From a virus (Duplodnaviria; Caudoviricetes), in the IMG/VR virus record IMGVR_UViG_3300020045_008200, positions 1 to 26,085 of that record: a stretch of DNA of 26,085 nucleotides. One strand, given 5' to 3'. Shown here piece after piece: positions 8,178 through 15,923 of this stretch. A program made the translations under genes and the position numbers. The notes under the pieces are model-generated. The model worked only from the letters and a program-made list of their open reading frames with translations, searched no databases and had not been told where the DNA came from. The stretch's first letter is position 1. Each line of letters opens with the position of its first letter.

Positions 8178-8191
8178 AGTTTTGTTTTAAG

Positions 8192-8347
8192 TTATCTTGT
8201 AAAATTTTCAATTGCTTCTTCAATGCTATAATCCTCTTTATCGTACCATAAATCTCTAATGTAATCTACATTTTCAGAAGGCTCTAAGTTTTTAGAATAA
8301 GCTAATTCAGTGAAGGCCTCCCACCAGTCAAAAAAATTGTTGTACAT
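8192..8347 (-). CDS. Small acidic, aromatic-rich protein (51 aa)
   Basis: Manual translation MYNNFFDWWEAFTELAY...; first gene after a consensus promoter. Confidence 0.65.
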   Translation of the reverse strand: MYNNFFDWWEAFTELAYSKNLEPSENVDYIRDLWYDKEDYSIEEAIENFTR

Positions 8348-8384
8348 AATTTCTATTTTTATTAGTTAATATTTATTGTTAATA

Positions 8385-8415
8385 CAAATATACAACTATT
8401 TTTTACATATACAAA
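8385..8415 (-). promoter_or_regulatory. Bacteroidota sigma-A promoter TTTG-N19-TATATTTG
   Basis: Matches the -33/-7 consensus with 19-nt spacing. Confidence 0.8.
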
Positions 8416-8439
8416 TTTTAAGTTGTATTTATAATAATT

Positions 8440-8622
8440 CTAAATAACTCTGCCATAATAATAAAAATCTAATTTGGCTAATATTTCTTTCCTACGCTCT
8501 AGACTTGCTGTACGTTTTTCTTTTTCTAAAGCATCTATACTATACGGTTCGTATTTATCACAATTATTTTTTCCACTGGTTTTGCAAAGATTTTGACATT
8601 GCTTACAAAATATATTTTTCAT
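8440..8622 (-). CDS. Small Cys-rich protein
   Basis: 60 aa; CxxCxxxC-x7-C. Confidence 0.6.
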   Translation of the reverse strand: MKNIFCKQCQNLCKTSGKNNCDKYEPYSIDALEKEKRTASLERRKEILAKLDFYYYGRVI

Positions 8623-8779
8623 TCTTCAAACATATCTAGTTGATTAACAGTTAGTTTTTCTAATTCTTCTAGCCGTTCTTTTTTTTCTTATTTATTTCAG
8701 ACTGTACAACTCTTTTGATTCTTTCTAAATCTGAAATATCGTTTCTTAATTTCAAAATATTCTATATTAAATCTTTCAT
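8619..8779 (-). pseudogene. Disrupted coiled-coil ORF ending ...TVNQLDMFEE
   Basis: ATG 8779, TAG at codon 6 (8764-8762), frame change in an A8 run (8686-8679); repaired stop forms an ATGA overlap with the next gene. Confidence 0.55.
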
Positions 8780-8781
8780 AA

Positions 8782-8970
8782 TTAAAGTTGTCTAAACATT
8801 TTTATTGAAGTCTTTTTAATCCATACTCTAGTTTCTTTATTGTCATGCGAAATAATAGTAAGCAAAATAAAACTATGCTTAGTACTTAATTCTTCAAAAA
8901 TAAATTGAACACTTTCTTTTACAGTCAAGTTTTCATTTCCTTTGATTGTTGTTTTTACTGCTGTTTTCAT
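8782..8970 (-). CDS. Hypothetical protein
   Basis: 62 aa ORF with A-rich upstream region. Confidence 0.65.
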   Translation of the reverse strand: MKTAVKTTIKGNENLTVKESVQFIFEELSTKHSFILLTIISHDNKETRVWIKKTSIKMFRQL

Positions 8971-9000
8971 AATTTTTGTTTTTATTTATTTGTTATTAAA

Positions 9001-9327
9001 TTAATATATTTTGAATTTTATAAATTCTTCACCTTTTTTAACTATACTTTTAAACACATGCAACTCATAAATATGTTTATCATCAACTCCATACTTTTTA
9101 ACCAAACAATCTATAAAAGATTTACAACAATTATCTATGTCACTTGCTTTACTGCTAAATCCGAATTGTATTGCTAACTTAATATTGGTTTTATCTGGCA
9201 TTAATATTGTTTTAGGTAATATTAATAAACAATTTTTTATAAATGAATTATACTTATCAGTTCTAAATCTTCGTCCTTTAAAAGCATCATTTATGCTTAA
9301 AGGTTTTATTTGCAGTTTGTGTTCCAT
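9001..9327 (-). CDS. rusA: RusA-family Holliday junction resolvase
   Basis: 'PLSIN', catalytic 'SDIDNCCKSFID' and 'GVDDKHI'. Confidence 0.85.
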   Translation of the reverse strand: MEHKLQIKPLSINDAFKGRRFRTDKYNSFIKNCLLILPKTILMPDKTNIKLAIQFGFSSKASDIDNCCKSFIDCLVKKYGVDDKHIYELHVFKSIVKKGEEFIKFKIY

Positions 9328-9342
9328 ATTTATTTTTATTTT

Positions 9343-11184
9343 TTAAAATGGAATATCCTCGGCACTCACTACTTCGCCAAATGCATCTTTAATATTTTCT
9401 AAAGTTACTAATTCAATAGTATTTGAAATTTCATCATTTCCATTTCTTTGCTTATCAAATAAAGTGAACGGTGAAACTCCATTAAAATAATATCTTTGGT
9501 CTCTAATGTTAAATGTTATATGGTCTACATTTTGAGGAATACCAACCAACTTTTGCTTTTTAATCTTTTGACTTCCAAAAATAACATCAGGGTCTTTAAA
9601 ATCTAATGCCCTATTAGGTCTCCAAACATACATTACATTGTCTGCTTTATCAGCAAAAGTTCCACCCCCTTTAATATTGTTCAATTCGGGTCTAAAATAT
9701 CTTCCCGCATCCTTATCGTTTTTTCGTGCGGTTAATTGGTGAGCGACTAAATTTACTGATAAATCATTTTCAATTGAAAAACGTTTTAATTGAGTCATAA
9801 AACGTGAAATATATAAATCTTCACGTTCTCCGTTATTCATTAAATGCTCGATAGTATTATAAGGGTCAATTACTAAAGTTCTTACTCCATGTTTTTTAAC
9901 TAAATATTTAGCTTTATCAAAAATAGTTTGAAGTTTAAAATCTTTTTCTGGATAAATTACAAAAAAGTAATCTTTTATAAAATTCATCCCTTCTTTATAT
10001 TCCGATTCACTCATGTAATTATTTTGATAAAACGGGTCGCATGATTTTCCTATGTATGTTTCAATTAAATCATTATAAAAATCATCTAATGGAAAATTCT
10101 CAGGACTAAAAACCGCTACTTTAATTCCTGATAAAACCGCACGAATTAAGCATAATTGATTTAAAAATAAAGATTTACCCTCATTTTGATATCCAGTCCA
10201 TAAATTAACTTCACCACCACGCCAAGTCCACGCCTTATCAACTTCTTTTACACCTGTAGTTTCACCTCTATTTTGTCCGTTACGATAACCGTTAAGCATC
10301 GAAGCAGTTACATCTTCAACAGTAAATATACCTTCAATCTTTACATCTTTAGCAAGTTTAATCGTATTAGCTAAAGCGTTTTTTCCATACTTAATTAAAT
10401 AATCGTTAGCGTCTTTACAGTCTCCAAAATCAACTATTTTACATTTCTCTGCTCCAAACCTTCTAATTAATTCCCTTTGTCCTTTTTGCCCTGCTTCGTC
10501 GTTATCAACTGCAATATATATCGTTTCTTTATTTTCAAAATAATTGTAATAATTGTCAATATAATCTAAATTCAATTCACCTTTCAAGTTAAAACCATTA
10601 GGAACTGAAACAACGTTAATAACTCCAGCAGTAGCAAAACTTAAAACATCAAATTCGCCCTCAACAATTACGCATGTTTCTTCAGTTGCAATATTATCTA
10701 AGTTGTAAAATATCTTTTCAGCATCTTTAAATAATTTAAAATTCTTTTTACCGTCTCGGCATTTTATATTTATTAATTCATCTTTAAAATAATAATCAAA
10801 ACAAATACAATTTTCCTCTTTTTTTGTTTGTGGCATCCATTCTTTAGACTCACGAACTTTTAAGGATTTTAAAGCGTTAAAATCTATAGACCTAACATTA
10901 GTTATATAATTTATAAAACGTTCGCTGTAATCAATGTTTAAATTACTTAAAATAGGTTTTGAATAATGTTTCACGTTTTCTTTTTTCTTAAACGTATGAA
11001 GTTGGGTTGTTTCACCGCAATGATTACACTTTCCTAAACCTGTATCCCAAAAAACTGACATACACTTGTCTTTGCTCTTTTTTCTATCTGCTGAACATTT
11101 AGGGCAAGTTGAAGTTTTAGCTCCTGTTGGTATTCCGTAAATATTAAAATTTTCTATCTGATAACCTTTAATTTCATTTTCCAT
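9343..11184 (-). CDS. Primase-helicase (T7 gp4/Twinkle-like)
   Basis: Zn finger CPKC...CNHC, TOPRIM VEGEFD and DND, SF4 Walker A GYQNEGKS, 'LVIDPY', 'LVAHQ', acidic tail EDIPF. Confidence 0.92.
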   Translation of the reverse strand: MENEIKGYQIENFNIYGIPTGAKTSTCPKCSADRKKSKDKCMSVFWDTGLGKCNHCGETTQLHTFKKKENVKHYSKPILSNLNIDYSERFINYITNVRSIDFNALKSLKVRESKEWMPQTKKEENCICFDYYFKDELINIKCRDGKKNFKLFKDAEKIFYNLDNIATEETCVIVEGEFDVLSFATAGVINVVSVPNGFNLKGELNLDYIDNYYNYFENKETIYIAVDNDEAGQKGQRELIRRFGAEKCKIVDFGDCKDANDYLIKYGKNALANTIKLAKDVKIEGIFTVEDVTASMLNGYRNGQNRGETTGVKEVDKAWTWRGGEVNLWTGYQNEGKSLFLNQLCLIRAVLSGIKVAVFSPENFPLDDFYNDLIETYIGKSCDPFYQNNYMSESEYKEGMNFIKDYFFVIYPEKDFKLQTIFDKAKYLVKKHGVRTLVIDPYNTIEHLMNNGEREDLYISRFMTQLKRFSIENDLSVNLVAHQLTARKNDKDAGRYFRPELNNIKGGGTFADKADNVMYVWRPNRALDFKDPDVIFGSQKIKKQKLVGIPQNVDHITFNIRDQRYYFNGVSPFTLFDKQRNGNDEISNTIELVTLENIKDAFGEVVSAEDIPF

Positions 11185-11186
11185 AA

Positions 11187-11861
11187 CTAAATCTGATTTG
11201 TTTTACCGTATGACTTTATTCTAAATTCAGATAAGTCTTGTTTTTTAAACCAATGCGTAAAATGTTCCTTATATTCTTTTAAAGTTTTCTTTTGTTCTTG
11301 CATTGTGATTAAATGATTTTCAAAATTATCAATATAGACATTAACAACTTCTGAAGTTATTTTGTTTTGCATTGCAGTTACTTCAATCCATTGAGTAGAA
11401 TTTTTACATTCAGAAACAAAAACGGCATTATTAATAATGTTTTCTTTTCTTTTATCTTCTATTATCTTATCTTCTCTTATGCCTTTTGATTCGCTTTCAA
11501 TTGGGTTTAGTTTCGGTTTAATTTCGCTTTCAATTGGGTTTTTCTTAGGTCTTCCTCCCTTACTACCATTGGTAGAATTAGTTTTGCTTTTTCCTTCAAC
11601 TTCAAATAATTGAGAATCTAAAAATTTAATAATAATTATATTATCAACTAAGTCTAAAGCACCTTCTAAAATTAACTCTTCTAATTCATTTGGGTAATTA
11701 AGTCTTTTTAATAGTTGTGGTTTGGTTAATTTACAATTCCTTTGCCAGTAGTATGAGCAAATGTTTATAAACAAACCTTGTGCGGATAAAGAACAAAAAG
11801 AAATATCTTTAGTTAAGTATTCAGCTGGTTCAAATTTAAAATAAGGGAGTTCTTTAGCCAT
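11187..11861 (-). CDS. Replication initiator (lambda O-like organisation; DUF1376/YdaU-like N-terminus)
   Basis: Probable ATG start at 11861 (MAKELPYFKFEPAEYL) rather than GTG 11873; central GSKGGRPKK and iteron-encoded repeats; upstream of the helicase. Confidence 0.75.
   Translation of the reverse strand: MAKELPYFKFEPAEYLTKDISFCSLSAQGLFINICSYYWQRNCKLTKPQLLKRLNYPNELEELILEGALDLVDNIIIIKFLDSQLFEVEGKSKTNSTNGSKGGRPKKNPIESEIKPKLNPIESESKGIREDKIIEDKRKENIINNAVFVSECKNSTQWIEVTAMQNKITSEVVNVYIDNFENHLITMQEQKKTLKEYKEHFTHWFKKQDLSEFRIKSYGKTNQI
11490..11544. repeat. Five 11-bp iteron-like repeats (putative replication origin)
   Basis: ttcgctttcaa/ttgggtttagt/ttcggtttaat/ttcgctttcaa/ttgggtttttc; exact 19-mer repeated at 11490 and 11523. 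Confidence 0.75.
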
Positions 11862-12087
11862 TATTAACCTCACTTTCTGTAATTTTATTAATTTCAGTTC
11901 TAAGTGTTTTAGCGAATTTAATTGCTGTTGATTTGTCTAAAACTATATTAAATAACTCACTTTCAAACATTCCAGTAATACTAATTACATCAATAGTATT
12001 CCATTCATTTGATGCACATGATAATTCTGCTTTAATAAAATCTTTATTATTTAATAAATCAATAAACTTTAATTCAAATTTTGCCAT
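11854..12087 (-). CDS. Hypothetical protein, first gene of the replication operon
   Basis: 77 aa, stop overlaps the initiator start. Confidence 0.75.
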   Translation of the reverse strand: MAKFELKFIDLLNNKDFIKAELSCASNEWNTIDVISITGMFESELFNIVLDKSTAIKFAKTLRTEINKITESEVNNG

Positions 12088-12095
12088 AATAATAA

Positions 12096-12237
12096 CCGTT
12101 TTTAATTAGAACGGATAAACTATTTAGTTATGTAAAAAGTAAAATTCCATTAAGTCAGCCGTATTGTGAGAAGGGCTTTCCTAATGGAATCTTTATAATA
12201 TTTTCGGTAAATTTTGCAATGCTTCTCACTTCATTAC
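12096..12237 (-). ncRNA. Structured 5' leader with complementary loops (kissing loop/attenuator)
   Basis: Hairpin GTAATG/CATTGC with loop GTGAGAAG; hairpin ATTCCATTA..AGCC/GGCT..TAATGGAAT with loop CTTCTCAC; then a T-rich tract and a CCGTT/AACGG hairpin. Confidence 0.7.
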
Positions 12238-12242
12238 TAATG

Positions 12243-12250
12243 CAAATATA
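12243..12250 (-). promoter_or_regulatory. Bacteroidota -7 element TATATTTG for the replication operon
   Basis: TAnnTTTG match, TTTG 17 nt upstream, directly before the structured leader. Confidence 0.65.
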
Positions 12251-12264
12251 AACAATTAAATTAA

Positions 12265-12378
12265 TTACAAAACAATTTTATCAATTATTTTTCTATAAAC
12301 TTTATTTGCTATTTCAGAATTACAACCACGTTTGTGATAAAATTCTATTACTATTAATATTCTTTCTAAATTACTCAT
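12265..12378 (-). CDS. Small hypothetical protein (37 aa, MSNLERILIVIEFYHKRGCNSE...)
   Basis: Manual translation; start overlaps the thyA stop. Confidence 0.55.
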   Translation of the reverse strand: MSNLERILIVIEFYHKRGCNSEIANKVYRKIIDKIVL

Positions 12379-13201
12379 TTTTAATAGGTGCTAGCATTTC
12401 AACTTTTATAAAGCTATCTGGATTATAATTTTTAATTTCAAAAAATATTGGATTTAATCCTTTCAAGTCCTCATTAATTTTATCATTATAAAATAAATCA
12501 GGTATCGTATATTTTTTGCTTTTACTGTTCATTAATTTAATAGCAGGAACAACAGCATTATCATATAAATGAACGCATTTTAAATCACCTTGAACCCCTT
12601 TAAATTCTACTCCAGTAATAGTTTGTAATAACATTCCTAAAGTAAAGTAAGATGCTATATTGAAAGGTAATCCTAAAAATAAATCAACACTTCTTTGTTT
12701 CCAATGTAACTCAAACCCTCCTTCTGAACTAATAATTTGAAAACCAGTATGACAAGGTGGCAAAGGTGTTTCGTGAAGTTCTGAAGGATTCCATGCTTCA
12801 ACTAATAAACGAGACCCGTTTATATCTTTTTTCATGTTTTTAATTAGTTCGGTAATTTGGTCTACTTTGCCTGCGTAATTTCGCCATTGAATACCGTAAT
12901 TTTGTCCGGCATCTATTCCGTTCCAATTTGCAATATCTTTATCCCAGATTTTGTTATTATATTTATGAAGAAATTCAAGTGTATTATCTCCATTTAAGAA
13001 CCAAATTAACTCACTTGCTACGTGCTTAAAATTAACAGATTTACATGATAATAAAGGGAAGCCTTCGATAACCATATGTCTAATTGTATAGCTTGGTATT
13101 TCTACTTTTAAAACATTACGCCTAACATTGTGTTTTACTTCGCCATCGTTAACTACTTTTTTAAGTAAGTTTTTAAATTTTTTATCTATATTCATTTTCA
13201 T
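12371..13201 (-). CDS. thyA: Thymidylate synthase (ThyA family, divergent)
   Basis: PPCH catalytic Cys, QRSVDLFLGLPFN, HLY, ELIWFLNG, YGIQWR. Confidence 0.9.
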   Translation of the reverse strand: MKMNIDKKFKNLLKKVVNDGEVKHNVRRNVLKVEIPSYTIRHMVIEGFPLLSCKSVNFKHVASELIWFLNGDNTLEFLHKYNNKIWDKDIANWNGIDAGQNYGIQWRNYAGKVDQITELIKNMKKDINGSRLLVEAWNPSELHETPLPPCHTGFQIISSEGGFELHWKQRSVDLFLGLPFNIASYFTLGMLLQTITGVEFKGVQGDLKCVHLYDNAVVPAIKLMNSKSKKYTIPDLFYNDKINEDLKGLNPIFFEIKNYNPDSFIKVEMLAPIKNE

Positions 13202-13452
13202 TACATTTTATCGTTAAATTCTTTTCTTAGTATTGTATTTATTTTTTGTGTTATTTACTGAAAGTAAGTTGTTTTTTGAACAGTATAAGTGTCTTTAGTT
13301 TCTAAATTTAATAATTCGCAAAAATCTGACATATTATTTTTCAGTTCAACCATTCGTGGATTAGTTACTTTTAATTCGTCTAAACATTCTAAAAGTAATT
13401 GCATTAAACAATAAAATAAATGCATCTTAATATTTTTATTTTTTGGAGTCAT
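13201..13452 (-). pseudogene. Hypothetical protein with internal TAA (83 codons if read through)
   Basis: Stop at 13257-13255 is followed in frame by ITQKINTILRKEFNDKM and a TAA overlapping the thyA ATG (TAATG). Confidence 0.6.
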
Positions 13453-13588
13453 GATTTATTTTTGATTCGTAAATTTCGTATTTTTCATAAACTATTCTAT
13501 TTTTACTTTTATTAATTACTTTTTGTAATTCTTTATTCCTATCAAATGAAACATCTAAATCTTTCATTAATTTATTAAATGGTTGCAT
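13436..13588 (-). CDS. Small hypothetical protein (50 aa)
   Basis: Manual translation MQPFNKLMKDLDVSFDRNKEL... Confidence 0.55.
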   Translation of the reverse strand: MQPFNKLMKDLDVSFDRNKELQKVINKSKNRIVYEKYEIYESKINHDSKK

Positions 13589-13590
13589 AA

Positions 13591-13899
13591 TTACTCAGTT
13601 GCTTTTTTTACTATCTGTTCAGCTTTATTCATCAATTGATAATAAGCTTCGGTTGGTTTACCATCTTGAACCATTTTATCTGTATTTTCTAAAATATTTT
13701 TTAATATTTCTAAAATTTCTGGAGCGCATGCAATTAGTTTAGCGTTGGCATTAGCTTCATATTCATGCTCTGTAGTATTTATTGTTGCTAAATAGTATTC
13801 TTGTTTGTCTGACCATACTTGCGCAACAAAACAATGATTTTTAGTGCCTTTTTGACTTGAAAAACTCCATTTTCCTTTTGTTCCTTTAAATTCACTCAT
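13591..13899 (-). CDS. Conserved phage hypothetical protein (GTKGKW...ANAKLIACAPE family)
   Basis: Recognisable 'ANAxLIAxAP' early-gene motif. Confidence 0.8.
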   Translation of the reverse strand: MSEFKGTKGKWSFSSQKGTKNHCFVAQVWSDKQEYYLATINTTEHEYEANANAKLIACAPEILEILKNILENTDKMVQDGKPTEAYYQLMNKAEQIVKKATE

Positions 13900-13905
13900 A
13901 ACTAT

Positions 13906-14058
13906 TTATTTTTTAATTAATTTTTTATACTCTTTATTAACCGCATTTTCTGCAATTTCTTTACAACGTTTACGACCTATTAAGTCAATTACTTTGTTTG
14001 GTACGAATGAACCAAGCCATGCTTTTTTATCTTCGTGTGATTTTGGTGGTCTTGCCAT
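13906..14058 (-). CDS. Small basic protein, possible ribbon-helix-helix regulator (50 aa)
   Basis: Manual translation MARPPKSHEDKKAWLGSFVPNKVIDLIGRKRCKEIAENAVNKEY... Confidence 0.6.
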   Translation of the reverse strand: MARPPKSHEDKKAWLGSFVPNKVIDLIGRKRCKEIAENAVNKEYKKLIKK

Positions 14059-14062
14059 TGTT

Positions 14063-14458
14063 TTATACTTTAAATGTTAATTCTTCGTTAGTTAAAGCAA
14101 AATATAGGTTTTGCAGTTGGTGAACGTATTCAATTTTAGTCGTTCCAAAATTATACCCAGAAGTTGTTCCTAATTCAATATTAAAACCTTTTTCTTTAGG
14201 ATAAAAAGAAATAGTTCCGTGAGATAAAACTTTTAACCTAAAAAAATTTATACTTAAGCTACTGTATTTTTCTTTCTCAAAACCAAGTTTTAATAACCAT
14301 TCTTCTGTAATTAAAACAGGCTTTATCCACTCAATAGGAGTTCCTATATAGTCTCCTTCTTTGAATACTGAACCTTCTGAAATACCCGCAATAGTAAAAA
14401 TATTATTATCTTTATCTAATACTACATTACCAATTCTCAATTCTTTTGATTGTATCAT
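14063..14458 (-). CDS. Conserved phage hypothetical protein (ELRIGN...YVHQLQNLYFAL family)
   Basis: 131 aa; motif common in Bacteroidota phages; first gene of the leftward operon. Confidence 0.8.
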   Translation of the reverse strand: MIQSKELRIGNVVLDKDNNIFTIAGISEGSVFKEGDYIGTPIEWIKPVLITEEWLLKLGFEKEKYSSLSINFFRLKVLSHGTISFYPKEKGFNIELGTTSGYNFGTTKIEYVHQLQNLYFALTNEELTFKV

Positions 14459-14481
14459 AATTTTACCTTATTAAGTTTAAG

Positions 14482-14511
14482 CAAAAATACAATAAAATAT
14501 CAATTAAACAA
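14482..14511 (-). promoter_or_regulatory. Leftward sigma-A promoter TTG-N19-TATTTTTG
   Basis: TAnnTTTG at 14489-14482, TTG at 14511-14509. Confidence 0.65.
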
Positions 14512-14576
14512 TAGTAAAATATTAATTAAACTGATTATAAATAACGTAAAATATTTTTTTAACTCAAATTATAGTC

Positions 14577-14584
14577 TATCTTTG
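14577..14584 (+). promoter_or_regulatory. Rightward -7 element TATCTTTG
   Basis: TAnnTTTG 32 nt upstream of the SSB-like gene; divergent from the previous promoter. Confidence 0.6.
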
Positions 14585-14616
14585 CTTCAAGTTTAACACA
14601 AAAAAATATAGAAATT

Positions 14617-14913
14617 ATGAGTAAATTATTGTACGGAAGCTTAGACTTCTCAAAATTATTGGAATTAGCTAAGGCAGGAAATAAGGCTTTTAGTAAAGCA
14701 GACAATGGTAAAATTTATCTTAACTTAAACGTATGGATAAATGAGGAAAAAGACCAGTTCGGAAATGATGCAAGCATTCAGACTTCATTTAAAGACGCCA
14801 CTAAAGATGATAAAGTTTATTTTGGTAATCTTAAAATAAGCGAACAACAAGCACCAAAACCACTTGAAGAAAATTCAAATGAAATTCCTAACGCTGACGA
14901 TTTGCCTTTTTAA
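14617..14913 (+). CDS. Putative single-stranded DNA-binding protein
   Basis: Acidic C-terminus ADDLPF; 'NGKIYLNLNVWINEEKDQFGN'; near ERF. Confidence 0.7.
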   Translation: MSKLLYGSLDFSKLLELAKAGNKAFSKADNGKIYLNLNVWINEEKDQFGNDASIQTSFKDATKDDKVYFGNLKISEQQAPKPLEENSNEIPNADDLPF

Positions 14914-14915
14914 TC

Positions 14916-15152
14916 ATGAACACATTCAACGAACACAATCCGCTTAACCCTATTAATGAAATAGAATGTGAGCCACAAACCGAACTTGAAGAACAACAAG
15001 ATTGGAATCAAGAACTAGTTAGAAAAAATAAAAAGTTAAAAGCACAATTAGAAAAGTTAGCAGAAATAGAACAGTGTTTAGCAGTATTTGAAACGCTAAC
15101 TTATGAGCAACTAAAAGAAAAGCAAGAAATTTTAAATCAGTATATAAAATGA
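14916..15152 (+). CDS. Hypothetical coiled-coil protein
   Basis: 78 aa, E/Q/K/L rich. Confidence 0.7.
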   Translation: MNTFNEHNPLNPINEIECEPQTELEEQQDWNQELVRKNKKLKAQLEKLAEIEQCLAVFETLTYEQLKEKQEILNQYIK

Positions 15153-15643
15153 AAAACATAGCAATTGCACTTGTAAAAGCACAAAAAGAAATGCAGACTC
15201 CTAAAAAGGGGTCTGTTAATCCTTTCTTTAAAAATAAATATGCTGATTTAAACGATGTTTTAGAAGCTATTGTTCCAGCATTAAATAATAATGGTATTGT
15301 ACTTTTACAACCTTTAGTTAATATTGAAGGTAAAAACTTCGTTAAGACCGTTCTAATGCACGAAAGCGGAGAAGTGTTTGAAAGCCTTGCGGAAATATTT
15401 TGCAATAAGCAGAACGATGCACAAGCATACGGAAGTGGTATTTCATACGCTCGTAGATATTCTTTAAGTTCAATTTGTGGGATAGGTTCTGAAGATGACG
15501 ACGCACAAAAAGCAGTGCAACCAAAACCAAATGCAACTGTTGAAATTTTAGAAAAAGCAAAATTAGCTAATGCAACTATTGCACAAATTAAAACTAAATA
15601 TACTTTAACTTCAGAACAAGAAAAAAACTATGGAATCAAATAG
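15149..15643 (+). CDS. erf: ERF-family single-strand annealing protein
   Basis: 'NPFFKNKYADLNDV', 'HESGE', 'QAYGSGISYARRYSL...EDDD' signature. Confidence 0.9.
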   Translation: MKNIAIALVKAQKEMQTPKKGSVNPFFKNKYADLNDVLEAIVPALNNNGIVLLQPLVNIEGKNFVKTVLMHESGEVFESLAEIFCNKQNDAQAYGSGISYARRYSLSSICGIGSEDDDAQKAVQPKPNATVEILEKAKLANATIAQIKTKYTLTSEQEKNYGIK

Positions 15644-15866
15644 AGAATTATTTTTAAGGATGTCTGAAGAAGAATATTTTAGAATACCTTCAGAAATAAG
15701 AACCAAACATTTATCTTCTAAAATAACAAGTGAAGAAAAAGGAGACTGGGCAGAAAACATGAAAGATAAAACTTTTAGTGATTTAACTAAAACTATTCGA
15801 GAAACTAAAAAACATTTATCTGAACGTGAATTTCAGTTAAGGGAAGAACGTATAAAAAATAAATAA
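15630..15866 (+). CDS. Hypothetical protein
   Basis: 78 aa ORF overlapping the end of erf. Confidence 0.7.
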   Translation: MESNRELFLRMSEEEYFRIPSEIRTKHLSSKITSEEKGDWAENMKDKTFSDLTKTIRETKKHLSEREFQLREERIKNK

Positions 15867-15923
15867 CAGCCAATAAAGCCGATACTATTTTACGGAATCG
15901 GATTTTAAATAAAAATTAAAATT

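Noticed and set aside
2174-9346. Plus-strand ORFs 2174..2371, 5962..6165, 6084..6275, 6976..7158, 8905..9177, 9137..9346
   Set aside because: Antisense shadows of well-supported minus-strand genes, with non-ATG starts and the I/F/L-rich composition typical of AT-rich reverse frames
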